From contig CM114271.1 in the NCBI GenBank assembly GCA_050084515.1, positions 3,658,001 through 3,722,000 on the forward strand: 64,000 nucleotides of DNA, given 5' to 3'. Below, piece by piece: positions 11,455 to 24,800 of this stretch. The position numbers were made by a program, and so were the translations under genes. Origin of the DNA: Blasia pusilla. Taxonomy: Eukaryota. Every line of letters starts with the position of its first letter. Within the stretch, counting starts at the first letter, position 1. Under the pieces are notes generated by a model that was not told the DNA's origin, searched no databases, and worked only from the letters and a program-made list of their open reading frames with translations.

Positions 11455-13328
11455 AGCGCATCAAAGTTCAAACCACCTCCGTTCTCGTTGTGAGCGTCCG
11501 TTCTCCTCTCTTCTATCCTCCTCTCACGCCCGCACTCTTGACACTCCCTAAACTTCGGGCATCATGACTCTGTCTGGCAGAGTTGGTGGCAAACGCTCTT
11601 ATCTCCGCTCTCCTGTTCTCAATGCCACCTCTAATCTCAGTCTAGATCATAAACGAGAGCTCTATCAGATGAAGTTGGTAACAGATCATGTGTCTTCTCG
11701 TCTCCTCTCGCTGATGATCAAGAGTCAGGCAGAAAAAATTGGTGCAGAAACGCGCTTCTCTTCAGATCTGAAATTCGAGCGTGGAGTGTGTTGGTCCGGC
11801 AAATTTGGCGGCCGCTGTTTCTTCAGGCGAGCTCCATGAGATCGGCCATGGATCGCAGTGATCTACTTGTTGATTGGCGAAGAGAGTAGAAGGGATCTTG
11901 AAGCCCGGCGTGTAGTGTGTCAAGAGACTCAACCCCTACAACGCCTTTCGTTGTTGTGCCACCCACTCTCATCTATGACAGCACCTTGACAGGAAACCTC
12001 TTCCGAGTCTGCACTTCTTTCGTCTCGTCCATCCGGTTCCCTGGAGTTGCAAGCGGAGCAAGATTCGAAACCGGAGGACAGAGCGAGCTTTCGTAATTAC
12101 ACGAGTGCCGCTGGACACCGCAGACTCAGCGATCCGTGAGTCTTCACTAGAGAACTGATGTGATTTGGCCTTAAGAACTGACGTTTCTCTCTGTGCTCCA
12201 TTTGCGAATGTGTAATCAAAACCCTCCTGCCTCTGTTTAGCGTTCCATGTAAAGACCGGAAGCGTTCTCTCGGAGGGAGTACCGGACATGGTGAGCAAGT
12301 TTAATAAGATGAATCTCTGTCCATTCGGCACGCGCCTCTCTAGCGGGGAGAGAGAGCACGCAATTGCAAACCCTCGATTCAAGACTAGAAATGCTTCCCA
12401 CACAGGAAAGTTCGGGATGAGGATGGTCACAGCGTTCAGAGCGACCCGCCCGCGAGAGTGATGGTAGATCTGCGCAAGAGGGAGGGTGACTTAGGGTTTA
12501 GGTGATCTTTGGATATCCGTCCATCTACTTTCCTAGCTTCTAACATCTACCTCACGCCTCAACTCTCCGACCTCCATCTTCCTTCGATGTTTGCAAGCCC
12601 CAAGCAAACGCCACAAAGACTTATCTCTTGCCCCATCTTTCCACAAATCTACGATTAGAAGGACCAATTTATTGTTGGTTCCAGTCCTCAACGACGATAC
12701 ACAACTCTGATTCAACTCTATCTCACGTTCACATATTAGATCCTAACGTTCTTTAAGCTATACAAATTACACATACGTGAATGATCGCGACTCCTGAAAC
12801 AGACAGACACAGAAGTAAGTAGAGGATTCCTCTGGCCATCCAACTAACCAAGGGTTAGCGTTTCTTTGTCTCTTTCTCAAGTGCGCGGAAGATCCGCTAC
12901 AGAAGATTCCAGACTGATCTAGCGCAGGTGCAGGAGATTTGACTGTGCGTTTTACAGAAGAGATGAACAAGCAGTGAAAAGATAAGGTTTCGCTTCAGCA
13001 GTTGCGTGAACGAAGAATCAGTTTTATACACATGTCGTGAGTTGAGCTTGCCTGAGTGCTAAAGCTAGACGCCTTCCAGCTTCGGCGACGTAGCTGCTAC
13101 TAGCTTTGCGAGAGCTCCAATGTCCCCCACTCTACCTTCTTCTAAACATATACCTTCTTCTAAACATTTCGAGAAGAAGCCTCACCTCTATACCTCTCTT
13201 CTAGTGTGAGAGATTGTTTCCTCAGAAAGAGCAGTCCATCTCTTTGCGATTTTTCGCAGTGCTTAAGATGCAGAGAAGAAGACACTGCTGGGAAGCTGAG
13301 GGCCTTTGCTTCCGCCAGGAGCCGGCAA

Positions 13329-13871
13329 TCAGACATGTGAAGAAGAGCGCAGCTGCAGTGGATGCCGAGCCAGAGGGATCAATTCAGAGAGAGGCGTGGA
13401 GATGGGAGTGGCAAGCGGAGTCGGGAGAGGAGAACAACGGCACATGGGGCAAGAGGCATGTAGTCGTAGCCAAGAGTCGATGCAAGTCGCATGGAATACA
13501 TGTTTGCAGTCCGGCAGCATTCTCAGCACCTCCTCCTCTCGGTAATCCGCGAGACAGATTGCGCACGACGTCTCTTGAGGATGCGGAAGCTGTTTCTCCG
13601 AAGAATAGACAATTTTGGGATACGACTCCACCACAACCTGATCGAGACCGGTATTCAGCTGCGGCCATTGCTCCCCCACGACTTGGGCTTCTCCGGCGAA
13701 GCCGGCCTCCCCTCCGCTGTTCGATAGCCCACGTCCATTCACTCGCACGCAAACATACGATGCCAGCATAATCGTCGAGACCAGCACCAGAATCCCCACG
13801 GCTATGGCGATCCCATACCCCAAACCCACTCGACCGACATTAGCACCGAAGGACGTAGAATTATTACTCAT
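13329..13871 (-). CDS. ATL: ATL-family RING-H2 E3 ubiquitin ligase (180 aa, intronless)
   Basis: N-terminal hydrophobic helix, GLD motif, RING-H2 CAICLADY...LPDCKHVFHATCIDSWL...CPMCR, PTPL..PLSE tail. Confidence 0.95.
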   Translation of the reverse strand: MSNNSTSFGANVGRVGLGYGIAIAVGILVLVSTIMLASYVCVRVNGRGLSNSGGEAGFAGEAQVVGEQWPQLNTGLDQVVVESYPKIVYSSEKQLPHPQETSCAICLADYREEEVLRMLPDCKHVFHATCIDSWLRLHASCPMCRCSPLPTPLATPISTPLSELIPLARHPLQLRSSSHV

Positions 13872-15891
13872 CCTCGCTGTCTGTCATTCCAGATTCTCCT
13901 TCCAGTTTTGCACCACGATTTCGTGACTAACCCCCGTCCGTCCCTCCCTCCCTCCTCTCCACCCCTCCACGCTCAGCAAACCGAAGCCATCACTGGGGAT
14001 AGCGTGAAATTATACACCTAGAACCTCAATCTCCTGCTTCAGGTGAAGGAGAAATATCAGCGCCCTACCCCAGGGACAAAAATCGATTCATCTTCAATAC
14101 AACCTCTCTCACTCTCCCCCCTCCATGTCTCTCTCCGTGCCATTTCAGCTGCAATCGCCACTGCCACTGCTCGCTCACCACCTCATCAACCCGTCACACT
14201 CGCGCAGAGTTGCGACAGCTACCATCGCAGAGTCGAATCGTTGCCATCTCCTCCGCAGCTGCCGAGCGCATGGACAACAAAACACTCCGGGCACGCCAGG
14301 AACTAAAGTGCCGACTTCTTCTTCACCAGCTAGGTAGTGCCTGCTCCGCTTCGCCTGTGCCCATTCCCCTCCCTAATTTTCTAAACACCTCCACCTCTCC
14401 TACAAACACCCCCTCAACTGCCGACTTACTTCTTCACTACTTTACCCCGACTTCGCCTGCTTCTCCTGTGCCCGTTCTCCTCCCTAATTCTCGTCACCTC
14501 CACCTCCCTCACCAGTCCGTCCACTCCTCTGCAGGTTCTTACACACGCACGCACAAACACTCCCGAACGCATGCACATAAGCGCGCGCACGCACTCACAC
14601 ACACTTCTCCCGTCCACAGGGGCAGTCACCGCGGTAACCTAAACGGCAAGCAGCGTCTCGTCATCGGCGCCTTGCACAGCAGAGACGGAAATGGATCCAT
14701 TGACTTCTGACAGTGATGCACAGTTGTGGCGTTAAAATTTCAACCACCTCGTCTGCATTGATTGGTGCGGGAACCTTTTTTTTTCATCCCCCCATTCGGC
14801 CCCAGATTCTCCTCCTGCTTCTCCTCTTCTCCTTCTCTCTTCCTCCTCCTCTCCGTCCGTGTCTATATGTGTGTGCTTGTGTATGTACACGTCTACCGAG
14901 CGAGCTGCTGTCTTCGTGGGGCTGACTGCTTCATGAGGCCCATTAAACTTTTATGGGACTCGGTCTCGCGGGCCGTCACAGGATCTGGATCAGATCGCAC
15001 CCGGTGCGCTGATGAGGAGGAGACAGATGGTTAGCACCCCCCGCTGATGGGCGGAGCCCGCTTCCTTCCTTCCTTCCTTCCTTCCTGCGGAACTTGCTTG
15101 TCGGGTTCCACTCGGCGTGCTTATGGACATCATCATCTCTCTATTTAGACAGCTTGGAATTTTAGATGCTGCTGACTGGGTAGACGCGGAAGCTCCTGAC
15201 GCACTCATTGACCGAGCTCGGCCTCCTTTTGCCTCTTCGCCTCTTTGCATGAGCTTTCTCCTGCAGACATCGGGACAAAAGCAGTTTAGGCCAACTTAGA
15301 TAGCAGCTTTCCTTGAAAGGCTGGCCTACTGAGCCCCAGTTGGAGTCTTCATGCGGTGGGACTTCGGGTTCGGGACGTTCCGGTGGTGCCCATGTTGAGG
15401 CGACTGCTACTGTCATCATAAACTCGGCATGCCGCTTCGTAAATGTATTCAACCCCCACAACCAAAACACGTTTACGCATCAAGTGGAACTTATGTCGCC
15501 ATGATGTTCCCCACCGCTGCGTAGTTCGTCTCCATCTGCGTCATTACCATCGGAGTTTCGTTGCCAGGTGCTTTCATTGCATACACCATTCAGCTCGTCA
15601 TCAGAAGGGCAGAACATGGAGACAGATGGGAATGCGAAGGGGAGAGAGACTAATCGGTTACGATTAATTTTATTGAAATGCGGATCGCCAAGAGCGGGAA
15701 CGAACCACTATCAATCATGATAGCTTTCGATGGGATCACCACCAACGACTGCTAACTAACGAATGGGTAATGTACACTACTCTGTATTTTACATGTATTT
15801 ACAACTCCTGTACAGTTGTGACGATTCAGGGCGGAGCGCGCCCACTACCTATCAATCAACTGCAGCATTGATTATTGGCCTAAATTATCTC

Positions 15892-18800
15892 CTACCGACA
15901 TGCCGACACTGGACTATGCATCTGCTGACTAGCTGCGAAGTTCGTGCACAAGTTCCTTCTGGGCGAGTGCAAGTCTCGCAGATCACTCAAACGTCTCTTC
16001 TCTCCAGCGATTCTCGCCTGCAACAGAAAAGGGACCCCGAGTCAGAAATCTGTATTTGGTGTTATAAATGTCAGTCAGCGCGGCATACGAATAGAAGAGA
16101 GAATCCTGCCTAATCGAGAGAATGGCTAGAAGGGTCGGCAAGTTGGCTCCAGGTTAGATATAAAAACTAGACGGCTGGCTTAGCCGTACCTCCAGCTTCA
16201 GATCCTTGAGCTCTCTTTCCATAGCCTCAAGGCGGTCCTGTAGATGCGACAGAGCGTCCATTGCAGCAGCTGGATCAGGATCCCTTGATGTCCTCGAAGC
16301 GCCTGCTGCCTGCTTGTTCCAATCCGTAAATAGAAGGTCTTAATAGAAGGTCCTCAATCCCCAATTACACAAAAAAGTTCGTACATGATGACGTTAGGCA
16401 GCATTTGGGAAGACTACTGAACAACACACCACACAAACGATATGTTGGGATATTCCGACAGTGACCTGCATGATGGCTGTGCACAAACTCAGGAAATTTT
16501 GAGCCAGCTGCATCCTGTTCTCCTCGGAATCCTGCACAATTGAGCCTCAAATCAAAGATATGATACGAAACCTATCCAGCAAGTCACGTCGTTCCCGAGA
16601 ATATCAATCCTCGAAACCTCTACGAGAGTTTTTGATCGACTACCCACCAATATTCGGACAAAGACTTCACTTCAAGTCACGACCTCAAATATTGAAACAG
16701 TTCTGCATGCTTCTTCCTCAAGCACCTACAGCTATCTGTAACCAATCACATCTCTGAACTCCACGGGTCAAACCTGAAGTTTCTTCCGAAGGCGATCCTC
16801 CTCATCGAAGTTCAGGAATGGAGTCTTCCCATCTGTCGCCCGATACCGTGCTAGCTCATCGTTGACACGCGTGAAAAGGATCTCTGCCCGTCGTAGTTTT
16901 CCGCTCAGGTCCTCATTGAGCATCCTCAACGAATTATTCTCCTCCTACGGACGAGAGGGCAATGGGAGAGTTTCGTTAAGGCGTCATCACTTCCCAAGAA
17001 AGCAGCGAATGATACGTAGCGCGTTGCAAGTCCAAAACAATCACTACAGTGTCCAAGAATATGCACCTTAATTTTCGCATGGTGGTGTATCCTCTGCTGC
17101 AAGTTCTGCTGCCCTGACAGCTTGCGAATCTCCTCTTCCAGCTCGGTCATCTTCTTTTGCAGGAATGAGCAGTCCGCCTGCATGTCCAACCGGGTCTCGT
17201 TAAGGTTTGAAGAGGTCAACCAAGATCTCAATTATCTTGACCAATTCTAGCAGAACAGTGATCTGCCCAGTTTTGGCCGCTACTGCAACAACCTATTCGC
17301 CTTATCACAAAGCCCACCTTCAGCTTCTCGTTCTCCGAAGCTAGAGTTTGGTCTCTCAATCGCAGTTTTTCGGCAGAGACACGGGCAGCAACACACTCCG
17401 CCTGTCTGCGGTTGATCTCCTCTAGCCAACTGTAATCCACAAAGATCAGGCAAGTGTGACTCCACATTTTGAGAACCGCCGACAACAAAGTGTACTTAAA
17501 TGAGCAGTAGTGATGTCTATCGGGTATAGGGATACTTGACAAAAACGTCTCTTTCAGGTGGTTCATATTTCACCCACCTTTCTCTCTCGGTGATCAACTC
17601 GTTCAATCTTTCTCTCAGTTTCTCAAGCTCCTCTTCCTGCGCACATTAATGCGGTTTTTTTTACCACAACCAAAGAAAGTCGTGCAAAAGGCTCAGGATC
17701 TTGTAGAAATAATGGCCGATAGTACGAATACACAAAACATACCTTCTGATGGGCTTCAGCCGTACGGCGTCGCGCCTTATCAGCTATCTGCTGAACTTGT
17801 TGTTGATTCAACAGGCTCTGTCATGTTACCATTCAAACTATCAGCGATCAAACTATGCCTCGTGCTCCTCGTTCGATATCGAAACCTCTCTCGCACTCAA
17901 GAGCTGTGCAAACCACTCAACCGCTAACCACGGAAAACTTACAGCGTAGCTCGCTATATCCATCTTCACTCCCAGAAGGTCTCTGACAACGTCATGAGTC
18001 ATGCTCTCTGCTTCTGCAAGCTTGGTATTCAGCATAAACACCTGCATCATAGCGATTCGATGTTCAGAACTTCCGACCGTTTTTAGGAGCATCCCAATCA
18101 TTTCTTGGCCGCGAAAATGCACAGAATATTGATGTGTGTACCTCCTTTTGCCGGGAGGCAGCAGTGGATTCAAGCTCTCGAATCCTCCTTTTGGCTGCAG
18201 CAAGCTCCTCATCCATTTCAGAAGTTCTCTGCTGCGCCAGTCCAGACCCAATACACTTGAAAGGCGATCCTGATCCTTTGGTCTTGCTAGTTGTGGTCTT
18301 GTCGGCAGGCTTTGAACTCGTTGCCACGACCGACAGAACTTTCCGCTCTTCCATTTTGAGCTGATCAACCATCGCTTCAAGTGCTTTCAGCTGCAGCAGT
18401 AAGAATTTCAAATAATGACTTGGTCACTTATCCATCAATTTGGTGTTCATTCTAACTATTCGAGGAAAATGACGAAACAGAGAGTGCGCACGAACCTTTT
18501 GTTGGTTCTCAGATGCTTGTTTCTCTGCTCCTTGCAGCAATTCGGCAATGTGCGCCTTGCAGCTCCTTAGCTGCAGCGACATTAAACCACAATCTCCATT
18601 AGCACGTCAATTTTTTCATCACAACAAAATCGGCATCACTTCGTGTGCATTCGTCTATAAAGGTATGAATCACAATTTCCTTCACCTTCATCACAACACA
18701 CGAAGTTCTCGAAGGTACCTGAACATCTTTCTCTGCACATTCCTGTTGCAGGCTTTCAACTGACTGGCGTGCTTGTACTTGCTGGCTCCTCATTTCAATC

Positions 18801-21800
18801 ACGACTCTGTCATGAACAAATCACGGACAGAAAAGGGCATTATACACTATCCAATTATTAAGATCTAGCGGATCAAACTTTTGGACGACTCAACCGAATG
18901 TAATTCAAAATTTCAGAGATAGATATTAGAGATGATTGATTGCATACCTATCCAACTCAGTCTTGGCCGATTTCGCATCAAGGAAGTCCCTTCCTGTCTG
19001 CTCATCCTTGCGATCGATGGTAGTTCTCAACGACTGCATCTGCTTTCTGACCGCATTCAACTCCTTCTCTAATTCTTCTCTTCCGCGCCTTAGCCTCTCA
19101 GCTTCTCGCTTGACAATCCCCAGCTGAATTGCAACACAACCAAGTCAGCAATCGGTGACAACTGTACTACCTGAAAATCCAAAACCACCAAATGGGCAAG
19201 GGCCTTGTGCATACTTGACTCTCCAGGGCATATACAGTGCTCTCCAATTCTTCGACCGATTTTCCCAAAATATTAGCCACTTCTTCTTTTTCCTCCGCTT
19301 GACTCTTACTGATCTCTGCAATCTGCCAACCAGCACGACAGAATGCACAGATTTAGCGACATCGTACACCGCCCATGATCAAAGCTTAGAACAAGATAAG
19401 GAAACCGGCCTGGGAAAAACAGGTCGGCTCGATGTGAAGATGCAGACCTGACGGGCCTCTGCTGCAACCACTTCACGCTCATCAGCGAGTTTCTGTACCA
19501 TCTCCAGCTGCTCGGTGAGAACGACGACATCCGTGTGCAGTTTATCCCGTTCATCTTCGACAGCTTTCAATTCATTTCTGAGATTCTGAAGGGTACGGAC
19601 AGAGTTTTGTGCTTCCAGCATCAGCTCTTCTGCAAGGAGATCCAAAGCATGGCGCTTCTCATCGAGCTCCTCCTCCAACGCGGAGTTTTTCACCTGCAGG
19701 TTCTCCAGATCAGCTGTCAGCGACCTGTCCTTATCCTGCACGGTATCTCTCGCGGATAATGCAGCCCGGAAATTCTCATCTGCAAGCTGCTGGAGATCGA
19801 GCACGTTTTCCTTGAATTCTAGGAACAGGCCGAGGAAATCCCGTTTCTCGACCTTCCCTCGCAACAGGTTCAGCTCCGCCAACAGCGGGGAGAGGTCTGG
19901 CATTTCAGACAATGAGCTCTCCCAGAATTCCACAGTACTCGTCAAGGTCTGCCGAAGCACGTCATAGTCGTGCTTGAGCAGGTTCATCACCTCAGAATTT
20001 CGAGACTTCTGTGCAGCACGTTCCTCCTCCAGGTTCTTGATACAGAGCTCACTTTGGCTCTGAAGCTCGTCCGCAGCAGTCAGCTCATTCCTGAGGTTCT
20101 GAATGGTAGACACAGAGTTTTGCTCTCCCAGCATCAGCTCATCGGCCAGGACCTCCAGGGCATTTCGCTTCTCTTCAAGCTCTTCCTCCAAGGCGGAGTT
20201 CCTCAACTGCAATTTCTCTATATCAGCCACGAGGGAAGTGCCCTTTTCCTGCGCAATTTGTTTCTGAGCTAAAGCAACCAGAAAGTTTTCTTCTGCTATC
20301 TGCTGGAGATCATGTACACTCTTTTTGAATTCATTAAACACGCAAAGCAGGTCCCGTTTCTCAATATTCCCTCGCAACAAATTCAACTCATCGAACAGCA
20401 GTGAGAGGTCTGGCATCTCAGAAATAGAGCTCTCCAAAAATTCCATGGTACTCGCCAGGGTTTGTCGGAGAAGGTCATATTCGTGCTTGTGAACATTGAG
20501 CACCTCCACATGTCGAAGATTTTGTGCAACAAGTTCGTCCTTGAGGTTCTTTAAATCATGGTCCTTTTGGATCAATTCTTGCTCAAGCGTCGCGACGATA
20601 CCCTGGGACGTTTGAATTTCGGACCTGAGGAGGTCGAGATTCCTGCAATTTTCAGCGACATGATTCGCATTCAGAGTGTCCAAGAACAACTCCTTCTGCG
20701 ACAGATTCTGCTCAAGCGTAGCCACTGTACCTTGAAGAAGTTCCAATTGTGATTTCATCGTGTTGCTCTCATCTACGAAGATCTCAATTCTTGTGTGAAG
20801 CTCTTCCAACCGTTGAGTCAACAAAAGCTGGGATTCGTTTCGATCCTCGATCTTTCCGAGACATTGATTCGTACTAGCGTTGGGAGCTCCAGAAGACATC
20901 CCATCTACCTTCTTCAGGATATCATGCAACTGGTGAACAACCCAAAGATCTTGATCTGAGGCTCTGCTCTGTTCCTGGTCAAGCTCTCCCTCCAAGTCCA
21001 TCACCACTCGCTTGTTCCTTTCTTTCTCCTCTTCAAGGCCAACAACTCTGTCCTCCGCCACAACAAGACGGTACTTCAAACCGTCGATCTCCTGCACTGC
21101 GGACTCCAGTTTGTCCTTCAAATCCTCTAGTTCCTGCTCCTTCGATGTGTACAGTTGCTCTTCACACTTGCGCGCTTCCTTCAAGTCTTCAACAGTTGCC
21201 TTCTTCTCCAGAATGTCCCTCTCAAGACCAAGCGCTTTCTCCTTAACTTCAATCAGTTGAAACTTCAACTCCTCATTATCCTGCACACAGTCTTCAAACT
21301 TCAGCTTCACATTCTCTAGTTCCGTCTCCTTCGATTCCACGATCTGCCTTTCACACTTGAGTTCTTCTTCGAAAGATTCAACGGCGCTCCGCTGCCTTTC
21401 GATGTCCTCTTCCAGACAAATTACTTTCCCCTCCAGTTCAGCTACTAAGCTCATCCACTGCTCTTTCTCCTGCACAGAGGATCCTAACTTGAACTTCAGA
21501 TCCTCGAGCTCCAGCGCCTTCGAATCAAGCATGTGCCCTTCAGTCTCGAGTTCTTCTTGGAACGACTCAACCACTCTCCGCTGACTCTCGGTTTCCTCAT
21601 CCAGAGACAGCACTCTTGCCTCCAGCTCGGAAACTACGCTCTTCAATTCCTCGTTCTGCTTGACAGAAGACTCAAGCTTCACCTTCATATTTTCACACTC
21701 TGCCTCCTTCGATTGCCGCATCTGCTCTTCACTCTTGAGCTCTTCTTCGAGCGATTCTACAGCTTTCCTCAACCTTCCCGCTTCCTCCTCCTCACGAACT

Positions 21801-24800
21801 ACTCTGTCCTCCAACTTGGTGACTACGCTCATCAATTTCTCATTCTCCAGAACAGAGGATTGAAAAGTCATCTTCAGTTCCTCTATCTCCATCGCTTTCG
21901 AGTCCAGCACCTGACATTCACTCTTGAGTTCCGCTTCGAGCAATGCCACTGCTTCGCAGTACCTTTCGGCGCCCTCCTCAAGACTAAAGACTCTTTCCTC
22001 CAACGTTGCCACTACACTCTTCAATTCCACATTCTCTTGCGCAGAGAGTTGAACCTCCATCTTCAGATCCTCTAACTCCATCACTTTCGAGTCCAGCACC
22101 TGACGTTCACTCTTGAGTTCCGCTTCGAGCAATTCCACTGCGTTGCACTGCCTTTCAATGTCCTCTTGTAGACACACGACTCTTTCCTCCAACGTCGCCT
22201 CTACGCTCTTCAATTCCACATTCTCTTGCGCAGAGGATTGAAACTTCATTTTCAGATCCTCCAACAGCACCTCCTTCGAGTCCAGCACATGACCTTCACA
22301 CTTCCGCTCTTCTTGAAACGATTCTACTGCTCTGCGCTGCCTTTGGGTATCCTCCTCGAGAAAAACTACTCTCTCCTCCAACTTTGCAACTACACTCCTC
22401 AACATATCGCATTCTCGCTCAGTGAATTCGGATTTCAGTTTTGCATCACCAAGCTGTGAGGAAGTAGCATCAAGCACCTGCTTTTCCCGCATGAGTTCTT
22501 CCTGTGAGACTTGGAGATCTCTGTCTTTCTCCTCATTGGCCCCCTGAAGCCCAACCACACGGGCCTCCAAATCACTAATGCGACATTTGAGCGAATTATT
22601 TTCTTCCGTAGAGGAGACCAGTTTCACCTTCACGTGCTCGAGTTCATCTTCTGCAGCTTCGAACTCTTCCTCCAGAACTTTCAGAGCTTCCTTATTCCTC
22701 TCTAGATCGTCACTAAGCTCAACTTCACTTTCCTCCAACTCCGTAACCAACCGATTCAAATCGGCATTCTCCTTCAGAGAAGCGTCCAATTGAACCTTCA
22801 CGTCGTCTGATTCCCTCTCCATAGCTTCAAACTCTTCCTCTTGACGATTGAACCCTTCCTCTAAGTCTTTCAAGGCCCTGTTTTTCATGTCGATGAGTTC
22901 CTCTAAGCCGATCACTCTCTGATTCAACTCATCCAATTGATCATTCGAACAATCTGCACTACTCCTTTCCGCTTTCGCCATTTCCAACTGCTGCTCCATG
23001 GAAAGTAAAGCTGCATTCGTCTCTGCCGTACTGGATTCCAGGTTCCTGATGATGTTTTCAAGTTCAAACTCAGATGCGGCAAGTTTACATTTTAGCTCTT
23101 CTATCTCTACTTGTCGGGCTTCAAGACAAGTTTCAGTATCCTTTGTAGCGGAAGCACTTCGTTGAATAGCCTCCAAGACACTTTTCTTCTGGTCGAAAAA
23201 TACCACACAAAAGGATTCGATTTCCCCTCTAAGTTCTTTTGATCCTAGCCCGTGCAGCAGGTCCTTCTTCATCAGATGTACCTCTCCCGAAAGAGCAATC
23301 ATTTCCCGCTCATGTTCCTCTTGGAGATCGCCTATTTCTTTATACACAAGATCTACGACACCTAGCATTTTGGACAGCTCCAGAACCGTCTCTTCGCACA
23401 ACCCCAACAAGTGATTCTTCTCCCTCTCCATGTCATTGTTGAGATTCGTTATCTCTGTGACAAGTTGGTCCCTCTCCGCCTGGGCTATAGATCTCAAAGA
23501 AATTTCACGCTCAGACTTCGAGTCTTGCGCATGGTGTTTCGCAGCCTCGTTAGCCCTCACCAACGCATTCACCAGCACTTCAGCTTCCATTAACGTGGCT
23601 TGGCTATCCTGGAATTGCTGATGCATAATGGCAGCTTCCCGACCCTTCTCGCTTGCCTCGAGCTTCGCAGCCGACATCTCTTTGTGCAACTCTTCTCTTT
23701 CCTTCCGCCATTCTTTCTCTGCGTCATACATTTTGTCTTCCCACTGAGACAAGATTCCTCCAACTTTCTGCATCTCCCTCTCGAAAGATTCGATCTGGAG
23801 TTGCCTCTTAGACAACTCATCCTCGGCCGTCGCCAGATTCATGGAGATAACGTCGTTCAAGCGAACACTTTCCTGATAGACCATAGCCAGTCGATCCTTC
23901 TCACCTTGCATCTTGTCCATCTCAAGCTCAGCCTCCTTCAGGTTCGAGATTGCGATCTCCATCTCTTTCCTTGCAGACAAGATGGTGCTATCTTTCTCAA
24001 AAATGGTGGCCCTGAGCCCATCGACAATCTCCTTTTCATTGTGCTCACTTGAGACATCCTGGAATTTCATATTCATCCTTGCAGACATGGACGCCAATTC
24101 GTTCAGTTTCTCCACCATCCCTTCTTTCTCGGCCTTCCAGCTTTCTTCTGAAAGGACGTACTGCTGTAGTAAGGTCTGCACGGCAGCAACCTTTTCGTCA
24201 GCTTCCACACATTTACCCTCCAACAGTTCCGAATTCGCCTTCATAGTATCAAGCTCTACTTGTTGCTGTTCCACCTTCGACATAGCGACTAATAATTCCT
24301 CATGCACATCTTCTAACTCTTTCTCCAACTCTGCCTTTCGGACACTCAAAGATTCCACAGTCTCCATCATGCTTGACATCTCCTTTTCGGTGGCGGACAG
24401 CCTCAACTCAGCGACATGAGGCTGCTCCCGCAGCTGCGTTTCACTGGCCTCTAATTTCGCTTTGAGAACATTCATCTCCTTCTCCAAGATCTCTTTCTCA
24501 TTAAGAAAGTTGTTTTTCTCTAGCAGGAACTCCTCGTATGCCTTCTGGAGGGTGAAGGCCTGCAACTGGGTCTGTCCAAATTTGTTCTGCAAGAGAGTCA
24601 GCTCTTCCTCTGTATCTTTCAGAGTTTGGATGTTACAAGAGGCTGCGGACTCCAACATTTCCACATCATCCTCTAGAAGACCTCTCGCTGTCTCCAGGTC
24701 TCCCAATTCCTCGTGCAGCGCGGTCATTCTTCTGTCAGCTTCCTCAAATACTTGCCGACTTCTCGTGAAACCATCAAATACGGCCTCTTCCCTCTCATGA

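Noticed and set aside
13214-15504. Plus-strand ORFs of 185 aa and 166 aa and neighbours around the ATL gene
   Set aside because: Antisense to ATL or low-complexity UTR/promoter sequence; no motifs
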